Made by a program: the position numbers and the translations under genes
Origin: Minisyncoccota bacterium
GTDB lineage: Bacteria; Patescibacteriota; Minisyncoccia; Phycocordibacterales; CALRHW01
Length of the DNA: 33,312 nt
Reading direction: 5' to 3'
NCBI GenBank assembly: GCA_046350795.1
Contig: JAXLZT010000001.1
Span: 146,468 to 179,779 of the forward strand
The notes under the pieces: model-generated
Seen by the model: only the letters and a program-made list of their open reading frames with translations
What the model was told of the DNA's origin: nothing
The model's database searches: none
Shown here: positions 23,830 to 32,352 of the stretch, one piece after another
Layout: every line of letters starts with the position of its first letter
How positions within the stretch are numbered: position 1 is the first letter of the stretch

Positions 23830-25644
23830 ATGAGCTTTTTTAGTAAATTATTTGGTAGCACAAAAAAAGAGGAAATCAATATTGGCATGCTTCCTCAAGA
23901 AATATACAAAGCGGAGGCTTTGGAGCTAAAAGATATTATCGCACCAAGCGCGCTTAAAATAGGTCCGCGAGAACTCAATCTGGGAGACAAAATAGTGCGT
24001 ACTTTTTTTGTCATTTCTTATCCGCGATTTCTCGGTGAGAGTTGGTTTGCTCCGATCATCAACCTAGATAAGGTTTTTGATGTTTCTATATTTGTCCACC
24101 CAATAGATACAGTAAAGGTGTTGCGCCAATTTCAAAAAAAAGTAGCTGAGGTACAAAGCCAGATACACGAGAGAGAAGAAAAGGGGATGGTGCGTGACCC
24201 AATGCTAGACACAGCTTATCAAGACCTAGAAAATCTCCGTGACAACCTACAGCAGGCACAAGAAAAACTTTTTGACGTGGGCCTATATCTCTCTGTCTAT
24301 GGAGAAAATGAAAATGAACTTGATAAAATAGAATCTGAAATAAAATCTATCTTGGAATCAAAGCTTGTATATGTAAAACCTGCACTTTTCCAACAAGAAC
24401 AGGGATACAAAAGCGTGCTTCCTATCGGCACCGACTTACTAGAAGTACATTCAAAGCTAAATTCCTCTCCACTTTCAAGTCTTTTCCCATTTATTTCTTT
24501 TGACCTCACATCAGACAAGGGAATTCTCTATGGTATCAACCGTCACAATGCCAGCCTCGTACTATTTGACCGCTTTTCACTAGAAAATTACAACTCTATT
24601 ACCTTTGCAAAGTCAGGATCTGGAAAATCATACGCTACAAAGCTAGAGATTTTGCGTACGCTGATGTTTGATACAGAAGTGATAGTGATAGACCCAGAGC
24701 GAGAATATGAATACATGGCTGAGGCGGTGGGTGGCAGGTATTTCAAAATATCACTCAACTCTGAGCACCATATCAATCCATTTGATCTACCTCTACCAGG
24801 AGAAGATGAGTCAGCGGCGAGCGTGTTGCGTAGTACGATTATCAATCTAGTGGGTCTTTTCCGACTGATGCTTGGCGGTCTGACCGCAGAAGAGGACGCT
24901 ATCATGGATCGTGCAATCACAGAGACATACGCACTCAAAGACATCACGGCAGAATCTGATTTTACAAACGTAGATCCACCACTTATGTCAGACTTTGAGC
25001 TGGTGCTCAGTGGTATGGAGGGGGGAGAGTCTTTGGCTCAGCGTCTTTCAAAATATACAAAAGGTACTTGGGCTGGATTTATAAATAGACCAACAAACAT
25101 AGATATAAATAAAAAGTTTATCGTATTCTCTTTGCGTGACATGGAAGACGAGCTTAAGCCTATCGCTATGTATATAGTCATGCACTATATATGGAGTGCT
25201 ATTAGAAAAGAGCTGAAGAAAAGACTTCTTGTGATTGACGAGGCGTGGTGGATGATGAAATCAGAAGACACAGCGTCTTTCCTTCTCAGTCTGGCAAAAC
25301 GTGGACGAAAATATTATTTAGGTCTAGCTACCATCACACAGGACGTGGATGATTTCCTCAAATCTCCATACGGTATGCCTATTATTACCAATTCATCTAT
25401 ACAGGTTTTGCTAAAACAATCCCCAACATCTATCGACAAGCTTCAGCAGACTTTCAATCTCACAGATGAAGAAAAATATTTGCTACTAGAATCATCGGTA
25501 GGAGAGGGAATATTTTTTGCTGGCCTAAAACACGTAGCAATAAAAATAATCGCATCATACACAGAAGACCAGATCATCACCTCAGATCCATCTCAAGTCC
25601 TCTCTATTCAAAAAGCAAAGCGCGATCTAGAAAATTCGCAATAA
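23830..25644 (+). CDS. VirB4/TrbE/PrgJ-family T4SS ATPase
   Basis: Walker A AKSGSGKSY, Walker B LLVIDEAWWMM, and ATITQDVDDF with a downstream motif; VRTFFVISYPRFL in the N-terminal domain. Confidence 0.9.
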   Translation: MSFFSKLFGSTKKEEINIGMLPQEIYKAEALELKDIIAPSALKIGPRELNLGDKIVRTFFVISYPRFLGESWFAPIINLDKVFDVSIFVHPIDTVKVLRQFQKKVAEVQSQIHEREEKGMVRDPMLDTAYQDLENLRDNLQQAQEKLFDVGLYLSVYGENENELDKIESEIKSILESKLVYVKPALFQQEQGYKSVLPIGTDLLEVHSKLNSSPLSSLFPFISFDLTSDKGILYGINRHNASLVLFDRFSLENYNSITFAKSGSGKSYATKLEILRTLMFDTEVIVIDPEREYEYMAEAVGGRYFKISLNSEHHINPFDLPLPGEDESAASVLRSTIINLVGLFRLMLGGLTAEEDAIMDRAITETYALKDITAESDFTNVDPPLMSDFELVLSGMEGGESLAQRLSKYTKGTWAGFINRPTNIDINKKFIVFSLRDMEDELKPIAMYIVMHYIWSAIRKELKKRLLVIDEAWWMMKSEDTASFLLSLAKRGRKYYLGLATITQDVDDFLKSPYGMPIITNSSIQVLLKQSPTSIDKLQQTFNLTDEEKYLLLESSVGEGIFFAGLKHVAIKIIASYTEDQIITSDPSQVLSIQKAKRDLENSQ

Positions 25645-25648
25645 AAAT

Positions 25649-26221
25649 ATGCCAAAAATCTCAATGTTCATGGCTGTACTGTTGGTGACCGTCGCAATTT
25701 TGGTTGACGTCACACAGTCTCTCACGGATCTACTACACTTTATTCCTGTTATTGGAAATGCTTTAGCTGTCATAGTGAGCTGGTTATTAGACATAGCATC
25801 TATATTTTCTTTTTATATCTGGCTCAAATTACTAAATGTGAGTTTTGTAGATCCAAAAAGAGCAATTCGGTTTTTTGGCTTTGCTGGTTGTGAATGGTTA
25901 CCTGTAGTAGACGTACTTCCACTTTGGACAACAGGAATAGCACTCACCATAGCAAGTGTGTGGGCAGAAGAGAGAATACAAACAATGACTGGAGTAAACA
26001 TAGCTATAAATGCACGCCTTGCTGCAGGATCTAAAAAAATCCCCGGTGGTGGATTTGGACCAAACGCAATCAGAACCCCTGGGGGAGGTATGGGTGATAT
26101 TTCTAAATCAATGAAAGATTATGCGGCGTTTAAAAAGAGGAGACATGACATGGGTAGGTCGGTGATGGGTGGAGGAGATATATTATTAGGTAACGGTTCA
26201 GAGGAGGATGCATCGGATTAA
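25649..26221 (+). CDS. Polytopic membrane protein, hypothetical
   Basis: 190 aa with about 4 TM segments and a Gly-rich C-terminal tail. Confidence 0.7.
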   Translation: MPKISMFMAVLLVTVAILVDVTQSLTDLLHFIPVIGNALAVIVSWLLDIASIFSFYIWLKLLNVSFVDPKRAIRFFGFAGCEWLPVVDVLPLWTTGIALTIASVWAEERIQTMTGVNIAINARLAAGSKKIPGGGFGPNAIRTPGGGMGDISKSMKDYAAFKKRRHDMGRSVMGGGDILLGNGSEEDASD

Positions 26222-26229
26222 AGATGTGA

Positions 26230-26257
26230 TTGAATAAAACACCCACCGTGCTAAAAT
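26230..26257 (+). promoter_or_regulatory. Internal promoter in the T4SS-like locus (leaderless arrangement)
   Basis: TTGAAT (26230-26235), 16-nt spacer, TGcTAAAAT (-10 at 26252-26257). The ATG at 26264 lies 6 nt downstream. Confidence 0.5.
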
Positions 26258-26263
26258 TATAGA

Positions 26264-27265
26264 ATGAAAAGAATTTTTTCTACTACACTTTTTATAATAT
26301 TTTTTGGTCTAACTAACATTGCTTATGCACAGACCATACCAGCACAAGACAACTTACAATTCATAGTCACACCAGAATACCCAGGACCAAAAGAAGTAGT
26401 AAACATACAAATAGAAGATTACACACAAAATCTAAATTCACTAGAAATATCCTGGTTTTTGGATGGAAAACTTCAAAAAAAGGGTGTAGGGGATAGAAAA
26501 TTTCAGTTTACAACAGGTGATCTTGGTAGTGTTTCAAAAATAAGTGTATCGTCATCTGCTTTTTCAAAAGAAATGAATATACGGCCGACAGGGCTTGATA
26601 TTGTGTGGCAAACAAAAAGCTATACACCGCCATTTTATAAAGGAAAAGCGCTTTATACATACCAAAGTCTGGTTGATTTTGTGGCAATGCCATCTTTTAT
26701 GACGTCTTCTGGTGCAATGATAGATCCAAAAACCCTTGTATATAAATGGACTCGCAATGGATCTGTGCTGGGGGATAGCTCTGGATATGGTAAGAATGTT
26801 TTTTCTACTAGCGGTGGCGTACTAGCAAAGCCATTACAGGTAGAAGTAGAAGCTTCTACTATAGATGGAAGTATGCGAGCAAAAAAAAGTATTGAATTGC
26901 AAGGCGCACAACCAGAGGTATTTTTGTATGAAAACCATCCGTTATACGGAATATTGTATAATAAAGCTATTGGACCACAGTTTGATCTTAAATCAAAAGA
27001 AATATCTCTGTCTTCTGCGCCGTATTTTTTTGATGTAAATAGAAAAGACGATCCAGCTTTAACATACAACTGGAGTATGAACGGAAAAAAATTATCAAAT
27101 CAAAAAAACCCAGACTCGCTTGTATTGAGAAAACCAGATAACACACAATCCGGATCAGCTTTGGTGGGAGTAAACATACAAAAAATTGGCAGAAGTTTAC
27201 AGTTTAGGGATTTTTCTACAAAAATAAGATTTGAAGTGTCAGATGAAAACACACCAACAATATGA
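26264..27265 (+). CDS. Secreted hypothetical protein (beta-rich, Ig-like repeats likely)
   Basis: Signal peptide FGLTNIAYA-Q. 333 aa. The stop overlaps the next start (ATGA). Confidence 0.7.
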   Translation: MKRIFSTTLFIIFFGLTNIAYAQTIPAQDNLQFIVTPEYPGPKEVVNIQIEDYTQNLNSLEISWFLDGKLQKKGVGDRKFQFTTGDLGSVSKISVSSSAFSKEMNIRPTGLDIVWQTKSYTPPFYKGKALYTYQSLVDFVAMPSFMTSSGAMIDPKTLVYKWTRNGSVLGDSSGYGKNVFSTSGGVLAKPLQVEVEASTIDGSMRAKKSIELQGAQPEVFLYENHPLYGILYNKAIGPQFDLKSKEISLSSAPYFFDVNRKDDPALTYNWSMNGKKLSNQKNPDSLVLRKPDNTQSGSALVGVNIQKIGRSLQFRDFSTKIRFEVSDENTPTI

Positions 27266-28116
27266 TGAAAGTATTTAAAAAAACATTAGCGGTTGTATCT
27301 GCATCAATAGTAATCTTTACTATTTTTGCAATATTACCAAACATTGTTGGTGCAGAAAATGTTGAGTATGTTCCGCTTAGCCCGCTTCCTGACGGGAGTG
27401 GTGGGGTGATGAATAACACCAACATCACCACATACCTTATTGGTATTTTTAAGCTTCTTATTGGTGTGGCTGGAGCACTAGCTGTGGTAATGATAGTGGT
27501 AGGGGGCATACAATACATGTCTACTGATGCAATATATGGCAAAAAAGATGGGAAGGAAAAAATAAATCGAGCACTCGGTGGACTACTTTTAGCCCTAACA
27601 TCATGGCTCATACTCAACACCATAAATCCAAAACTTCTAGAAATAAAAGCCCTAATACCAAAAACAAACTTATCACAACAAGCAACGACACCCGTAAACA
27701 CTCAAACATTTAAAGCAAAAATTATTGTAAATCCACTGAGCGGACCAATAGCACAAGAGACTTTTTGTATTGGATCTTATTCGTCACTTGAGTCGTGCAA
27801 CGCTAATCTTGGCGCCACCGTTCAAATGAATTACCCAGTAACTCAGTACGAGATTGTAGGGACTTATTGTACGACTGGTTGTGTAGCAGCCCAAACACTA
27901 AACAGTGGGGAGTGGGTTGTATACATAAGCAAATACGAAAACGGACCAGCAACTCAATTGTGTTTAGGAAACTTTCCAACTCAAGCGGAGTGCAATGCTG
28001 CCAAGCCTGGTATTGTACAAGAACAGGGTGGTACCACACAACAAGGTGGTCCTGTGACTGTAAACAATTGTGTACAAAAATCTATGTGTCCTCCATCAAA
28101 TGGATCAGGGCAATAA
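27262..28116 (+). CDS. VirB2/TrbC-like T4SS pilin (CPR T4SS_pilin type) with a ~150-aa Cys-rich C-terminal extension
   Basis: Signal peptide, then two hydrophobic helices flanking a QYMSTDAIYGKKDGKEKINRA loop (IGIFKLLIGVAGALAVVMIVVGGIQY...LGGLLLALTSWLILNTINP). The extension carries two C-[IL]-G-x-[YF]-x5-E-C-N-A modules. Confidence 0.75.
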   Translation: MMKVFKKTLAVVSASIVIFTIFAILPNIVGAENVEYVPLSPLPDGSGGVMNNTNITTYLIGIFKLLIGVAGALAVVMIVVGGIQYMSTDAIYGKKDGKEKINRALGGLLLALTSWLILNTINPKLLEIKALIPKTNLSQQATTPVNTQTFKAKIIVNPLSGPIAQETFCIGSYSSLESCNANLGATVQMNYPVTQYEIVGTYCTTGCVAAQTLNSGEWVVYISKYENGPATQLCLGNFPTQAECNAAKPGIVQEQGGTTQQGGPVTVNNCVQKSMCPPSNGSGQ

Positions 28117-28122
28117 AAATAC

Positions 28123-29367
28123 ATGTTAAACAAAATCGTCATCGTAATAGCAATCATTGTACTCGTTATTGGAGGGTTTTTTGGCTATCTATACATCACA
28201 CAAAAAGACTCTGGTGCTGGCGTGAGTGGGGTAGTATCTACAGTAAGAAATTTTTTTCCTTTCGGTAACGAAGCTGATGTGGCAACAACAAATCCACAAA
28301 ACACAAATGAGCCGAGCGCCACAGTCCCTAATGTACCCACAGTACCACAAGACCTCAGACAAATTTACTCTTTTCCAGTAGCTGGCGCAGAAGCTTTTAT
28401 AATAAGTAGCAGTACTGTAGTGCGTTTCCTTGAAAAAAGTACCGGCAACATGTTTGAAGCACAAACAGCTCTGGATACGGTGGACAGAATATCAAACACA
28501 ACCATACCGAAAATCGCTGAGGCTATTTTTATACAAAAAAATTCTGTCTTGTTTAGATACCTAAAAGACGACAGCGATCTCATAGAGACCGTATTTGGTA
28601 CACTATCTACTACAACAAACGCAACAAGCACTACTACCACCTTAGGAGAAATACAAAGTACATATCTCACACCAAATATAAAAGAAATCGCACTGTCTCC
28701 TAAAAAAGATCAGATATTTTACACAGTCCAGTCTGGCTCTGGGTCAATAGGCACTATCTCAAACCCAGATGGTACAAAAAAGGTGCAATTATTTGATTCT
28801 CCAATACGTGAATGGAATATTTCTTGGCCAAAAACAAACACAGTTACAATCACAACCAAGGCTAGTGCTAGCGTACCCGGATATTTATATTTTGTTAACA
28901 CAACCACTGGAAAGATGGAAAGGATTTTGGGTAATGTTTTGGGCCTCACCACCCTCACAAACAGCACAGCATCGAGCACTATATACAACCAGAATGACAG
29001 TGTGGGAAATACGCATCTAAGTCTGTTTGATATAAAAACAAAAACATCTACAAAACTAAACACCATAACATTTACAGAAAAGTGTGTTTGGAGTAAAAAA
29101 AATGTTGGCCTTTTATACTGTGCCGTACCAGAAAACATACCTGGCGGAAGCTATCCTGACGCTTGGTACAAAGGACTCACTTCTTTCTCTGATAGTTTGT
29201 GGAAAATAGACACAACAACAGGTCAAACTGATCTTTTGGTAAATATAAAAGAAGTCTCTGGAAAAGATTTGGATATTATAAACATGTCGCTTAGCGAAAA
29301 AGAAGACTTTTTGGTATTTTCAAACAAAACAGATCTTAGTCTGTGGGGATTTAAGATACCAATGTAG
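28123..29367 (+). CDS. Membrane-anchored hypothetical protein (beta-propeller-like extracytoplasmic domain possible)
   Basis: N-terminal TM IVIVIAIIVLVIGGFFGYLYI. 414 aa. Its 3' end overlaps convergent yidC by 17 nt. Confidence 0.7.
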   Translation: MLNKIVIVIAIIVLVIGGFFGYLYITQKDSGAGVSGVVSTVRNFFPFGNEADVATTNPQNTNEPSATVPNVPTVPQDLRQIYSFPVAGAEAFIISSSTVVRFLEKSTGNMFEAQTALDTVDRISNTTIPKIAEAIFIQKNSVLFRYLKDDSDLIETVFGTLSTTTNATSTTTTLGEIQSTYLTPNIKEIALSPKKDQIFYTVQSGSGSIGTISNPDGTKKVQLFDSPIREWNISWPKTNTVTITTKASASVPGYLYFVNTTTGKMERILGNVLGLTTLTNSTASSTIYNQNDSVGNTHLSLFDIKTKTSTKLNTITFTEKCVWSKKNVGLLYCAVPENIPGGSYPDAWYKGLTSFSDSLWKIDTTTGQTDLLVNIKEVSGKDLDIINMSLSEKEDFLVFSNKTDLSLWGFKIPM

Positions 29368-30115
29368 TGTTTTTTCTAACTCTCTTTAAAAACAACTCCT
29401 GACCTATAGTAAAAAGGTTGCTTGTTACCCAGTACAAAGACACAACAGCAGGGAAGCCAAAAGCAACAAAAGTTAAAATAACTGGCAAGAAATACCTCAT
29501 CTGTAGGTGCATGTTTTTTGCAAACTCTTCTTTTATAGATATTTTGCCGTCCAGATTTGAATTTTTTGGTTTGTTTGGCATCACTATTTTGCTTTGTAAA
29601 AAAGTGGTTATTCCAACAAGCAAGGCTAGACTAGGGCTCTTTTGAGAAATATCTATAAAATTTAAAAAGATCATACTCACAAAATCAGGGACATGAATAA
29701 AACTGTATAGTAAATCTGTGTTTATTTTTGGTAAACCAGAGTGTAAAAAAACACGATACAAAGCAATAATGATTGGGATTTGAATAAAAATCAAAAGAAC
29801 ACTAACAAAGGGACGAATGCCTCTTTCTTTATAAAGATCCATTTGCTTTCTAGCCAACTCCTGTTTGTCATTTTTATATCTCTCCTTAAGTGCCGCCAAC
29901 TCAGGCTCAATAGCTTTCATTTGTATTTGAGTTTTGACCGCTTTCTTTGAGAGGGGAAACAGAAACAACTTTACAATAATAGTAAAGATAATTACCACAA
30001 CACCAGCATCGGCCCAAGGGATAGTGTCTATAAGCAAGACAAGGCCGTTGTAAAGTGGTTGATAAATTAATGTAGTGTATATACCTGATATCATCAGACC
30101 ATTGTAACCCAACAA
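29351..30115 (-). CDS. yidC: Membrane protein insertase YidC (short form)
   Basis: IYQPLYNGLVLL..., FPLSKKAVKTQIQMKAIEPELAALKERYKNDKQELARKQMDLYKERGIRP, and a polytopic C-terminal half. Start could be 30115 or 30094. Confidence 0.88.
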   Translation of the reverse strand: MLGYNGLMISGIYTTLIYQPLYNGLVLLIDTIPWADAGVVVIIFTIIVKLFLFPLSKKAVKTQIQMKAIEPELAALKERYKNDKQELARKQMDLYKERGIRPFVSVLLIFIQIPIIIALYRVFLHSGLPKINTDLLYSFIHVPDFVSMIFLNFIDISQKSPSLALLVGITTFLQSKIVMPNKPKNSNLDGKISIKEEFAKNMHLQMRYFLPVILTFVAFGFPAVVSLYWVTSNLFTIGQELFLKRVRKNTTLVS

Positions 30116-30120
30116 AGAAC

Positions 30121-30450
30121 CTATATCAATCTGGCTTTTTTAAATAGCTTAGTTATTTCCTCTTTTTGTAAATCAAAAGATAGTTTTTTGGCTCCAGTCT
30201 TTAATGAAATAAGGTTTTTTGACGTTGTTTTAATATTAGGAAGTAAATCTCGAACAACAGAATACACCCTGCGACGCATCCTATTTCTATCTACAGCGCT
30301 TTTAGCCACCTTTTTAGATATAAGCACAGCAAAACCCTCTTTTTCTGAGGGTAATATGCGCAGAGTACAGTTTTCTGAGTGATATAGGGTGCCTTTTAGG
30401 AGTATTGACTTAAAAGAATCCTTTGAGATTCTTTTGTTTTTTGGCAACAT
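30121..30450 (-). CDS. rnpA: Ribonuclease P protein component
   Basis: 109 aa with VAKSAVDRNRMRRRV (RNR motif). Sits in the conserved rpmH-rnpA-yidC order. Confidence 0.9.
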   Translation of the reverse strand: MLPKNKRISKDSFKSILLKGTLYHSENCTLRILPSEKEGFAVLISKKVAKSAVDRNRMRRRVYSVVRDLLPNIKTTSKNLISLKTGAKKLSFDLQKEEITKLFKKARLI

Positions 30451-30464
30451 TTTAGTCTTTTTAC

Positions 30465-30599
30465 TTACACAGAGAGTTTTTTTCGACCCTTCTGGCGTCG
30501 GCGCTTTATGGTCTTTTTACCACCAGCAGTTCTTTGTCGTACGAGAAAACCATGAGCCTTTCCTCGTTTTCTTTTTTTAGGTTGATATGTTTGAGACAT
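30465..30599 (-). CDS. rpmH: 50S ribosomal protein L34 (not in supplied ORF track, 44 aa)
   Basis: Hand translation of the minus strand gives [44 protein letters not shown], then a stop. Confidence 0.9.
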   Translation of the reverse strand: MSQTYQPKKRKRGKAHGFLVRQRTAGGKKTIKRRRQKGRKKLSV

Positions 30600-30656
30600 A
30601 ATAGGGGATTATATAGGAGACTTCTGATTTATTCAAGGCTTTTATAAAAGTTGAGT

Positions 30657-30676
30657 TTATTCACACCTTATACACA
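30657..30676 (+). promoter_or_regulatory. Two DnaA-box-like 9-mers upstream of dnaA
   Basis: TTATTCACA (30657-30665) and TTATACACA (30668-30676), each one mismatch from TTATCCACA. Confidence 0.5.
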
Positions 30677-30771
30677 GAGTATCAACATAACAATGACTTT
30701 TTAACAAGTAGAAACAAGGCTTCCATCATATATAATAATGAGAACAAATTTATTACAGCAAATCTAAAATT

Positions 30772-32118
30772 ATGGATAGTAAAAAACTTTGGGATAGTGT
30801 GCTAGTAGATGTGGAAATGAACGTATCTAAAGCCAACTTCAACACATGGTTTAAAGACACCTTTATATACAAACTTGAAGATGGTGTGGCATACCTTAGT
30901 GTGCCAAATGCCTTTGTACGACAATGGTTAAGCGACAAATACCACTCTTTTATACTAAAATCTCTCAGAAACCTATCAGAAAACATTAGATCACTTGATT
31001 ACATAGTAAATAAAAGTGATGCAAAGAAAAAAGAGCCGGAAATTATAAAAAACATCTTAGAAAGATCAAACGAATTACCTTTAAGTGATTTTTATATAAA
31101 CAAGGACGACAACTTAAACCCTAAATATACATTTGATTCTTTTGTTGTTGGTCCTTTCAATGAGTTAGCTCATGCAGCGGCTCAGGCTATTATAAAAAAG
31201 CCAGGAATAGTATATAACCCACTTTTTATATACGGCAACACTGGTCACGGTAAGACCCACCTTATACAAGCCATAGGTAACCAAATAAAACACAACAACC
31301 CTGAGAAAAAGGTTCATTATGTTACCTCAGAAAAATTTACTATAGACTACATCAATTCCGTCCAAAACCAAAAAGTAAACAATTTTAAGGAGAAATATCG
31401 AAAATACGATGTTTTAATCATGGATGATATACAATTTTTCTCTAAAAAAGAGAGTACCCAAGAGGAACTTTTCCATTTATTCAACCACTTATACGACAAC
31501 AATAAGCAGATTATCTTTTCCTCAGACAAACACCCAAATTACATATCAAACCTAGAAGATCGCCTAAAATCACGCTTTGGGGCAGGAATGATAGTAGATA
31601 TACCACCACCAGACCACGAGTCTAGAGTGACTATATTGCGCTCAAAACTAAAATCAAACAACTTTGATTTATCTGCAGAAGTGGTGGATTATCTAGCGCA
31701 AACATTATCAAGTAATATACGGGAATTAGAGGGTGCTTTAAACAGCATAATCTGCCAAGCACAATTAAAACAAAAAGATTTAACCCTAAATGATGTAAAA
31801 AATCTTATCAAAAACAGTGCGAAACCAAAGAAAAACCTTTCTCCAAAAGAAATAATCAAAGTGGTGGCTGATTTTTACAACATAAACGAAGAAAGTATAT
31901 ACGAAAAAACTAGAAAAAAGGAGATTATTAAACCAAGACAGGTCACTATGTACATATTAAGAGAAGATTTTAATATATCTTACCCATCAATAGGGGAGAA
32001 AATGGGTGGTCGAGATCACACAACAGTCATTCATTCGTGTGAAAAGATAAAAAGTGACTTAAAGTTTGATAATCTGCTTTCACAGGAGATAAATCAGATT
32101 CGATCAATGTTGGTTTGA
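30772..32118 (+). CDS. dnaA: Chromosomal replication initiator DnaA
   Basis: NPLFIYGNTGHGKTHL, DVLIMDDIQF, SNIRELEGAL and the C-terminal DNA-binding domain (GGRDHTTVIHSCEKI). Confidence 0.95.
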   Translation: MDSKKLWDSVLVDVEMNVSKANFNTWFKDTFIYKLEDGVAYLSVPNAFVRQWLSDKYHSFILKSLRNLSENIRSLDYIVNKSDAKKKEPEIIKNILERSNELPLSDFYINKDDNLNPKYTFDSFVVGPFNELAHAAAQAIIKKPGIVYNPLFIYGNTGHGKTHLIQAIGNQIKHNNPEKKVHYVTSEKFTIDYINSVQNQKVNNFKEKYRKYDVLIMDDIQFFSKKESTQEELFHLFNHLYDNNKQIIFSSDKHPNYISNLEDRLKSRFGAGMIVDIPPPDHESRVTILRSKLKSNNFDLSAEVVDYLAQTLSSNIRELEGALNSIICQAQLKQKDLTLNDVKNLIKNSAKPKKNLSPKEIIKVVADFYNINEESIYEKTRKKEIIKPRQVTMYILREDFNISYPSIGEKMGGRDHTTVIHSCEKIKSDLKFDNLLSQEINQIRSMLV

Positions 32119-32142
32119 TATAATTAATGGTTGTGTATAGTA

Positions 32143-32345
32143 TGTGAATAAGTGTGGATTGATGTGAATAAGAACAAAAAATAATTGAGAAAAAACACAT
32201 TATTCACATCTCATAAAAAAATATCCACAAATTATCAAACATCTTTTTTAAAAAATAAGGCTAAAAATATGACTTTTAAAAACTTATCCAGATATCCACA
32301 GCGTTAATAGTAATAATAGTATTTATATATAGTAATTAAATAATA
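32143..32345 (+). other. oriC candidate: DnaA-box cluster plus AT-rich unwinding stretch (dnaA-dnaN intergenic)
   Basis: Boxes: TGTGAATAA 32143-32151, TGTGGATTG 32153-32161, TGTGAATAA 32163-32171, TTATTCACA 32200-32208, ATATCCACA 32221-32229, TTATCCAGA 32284-32292, ATATCCACA 32292-32300. Almost pure A/T follows at 32306-32345. Confidence 0.75.
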
Positions 32346-32352
32346 CAGTTAA

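Noticed and set aside
29351-29367. 17-nt convergent overlap of yidC with the last T4SS-locus gene as a regulatory feature
   Set aside because: Short convergent 3' overlaps are common in compact genomes, and no associated structure was seen. It is noted only as a sign of gene packing.
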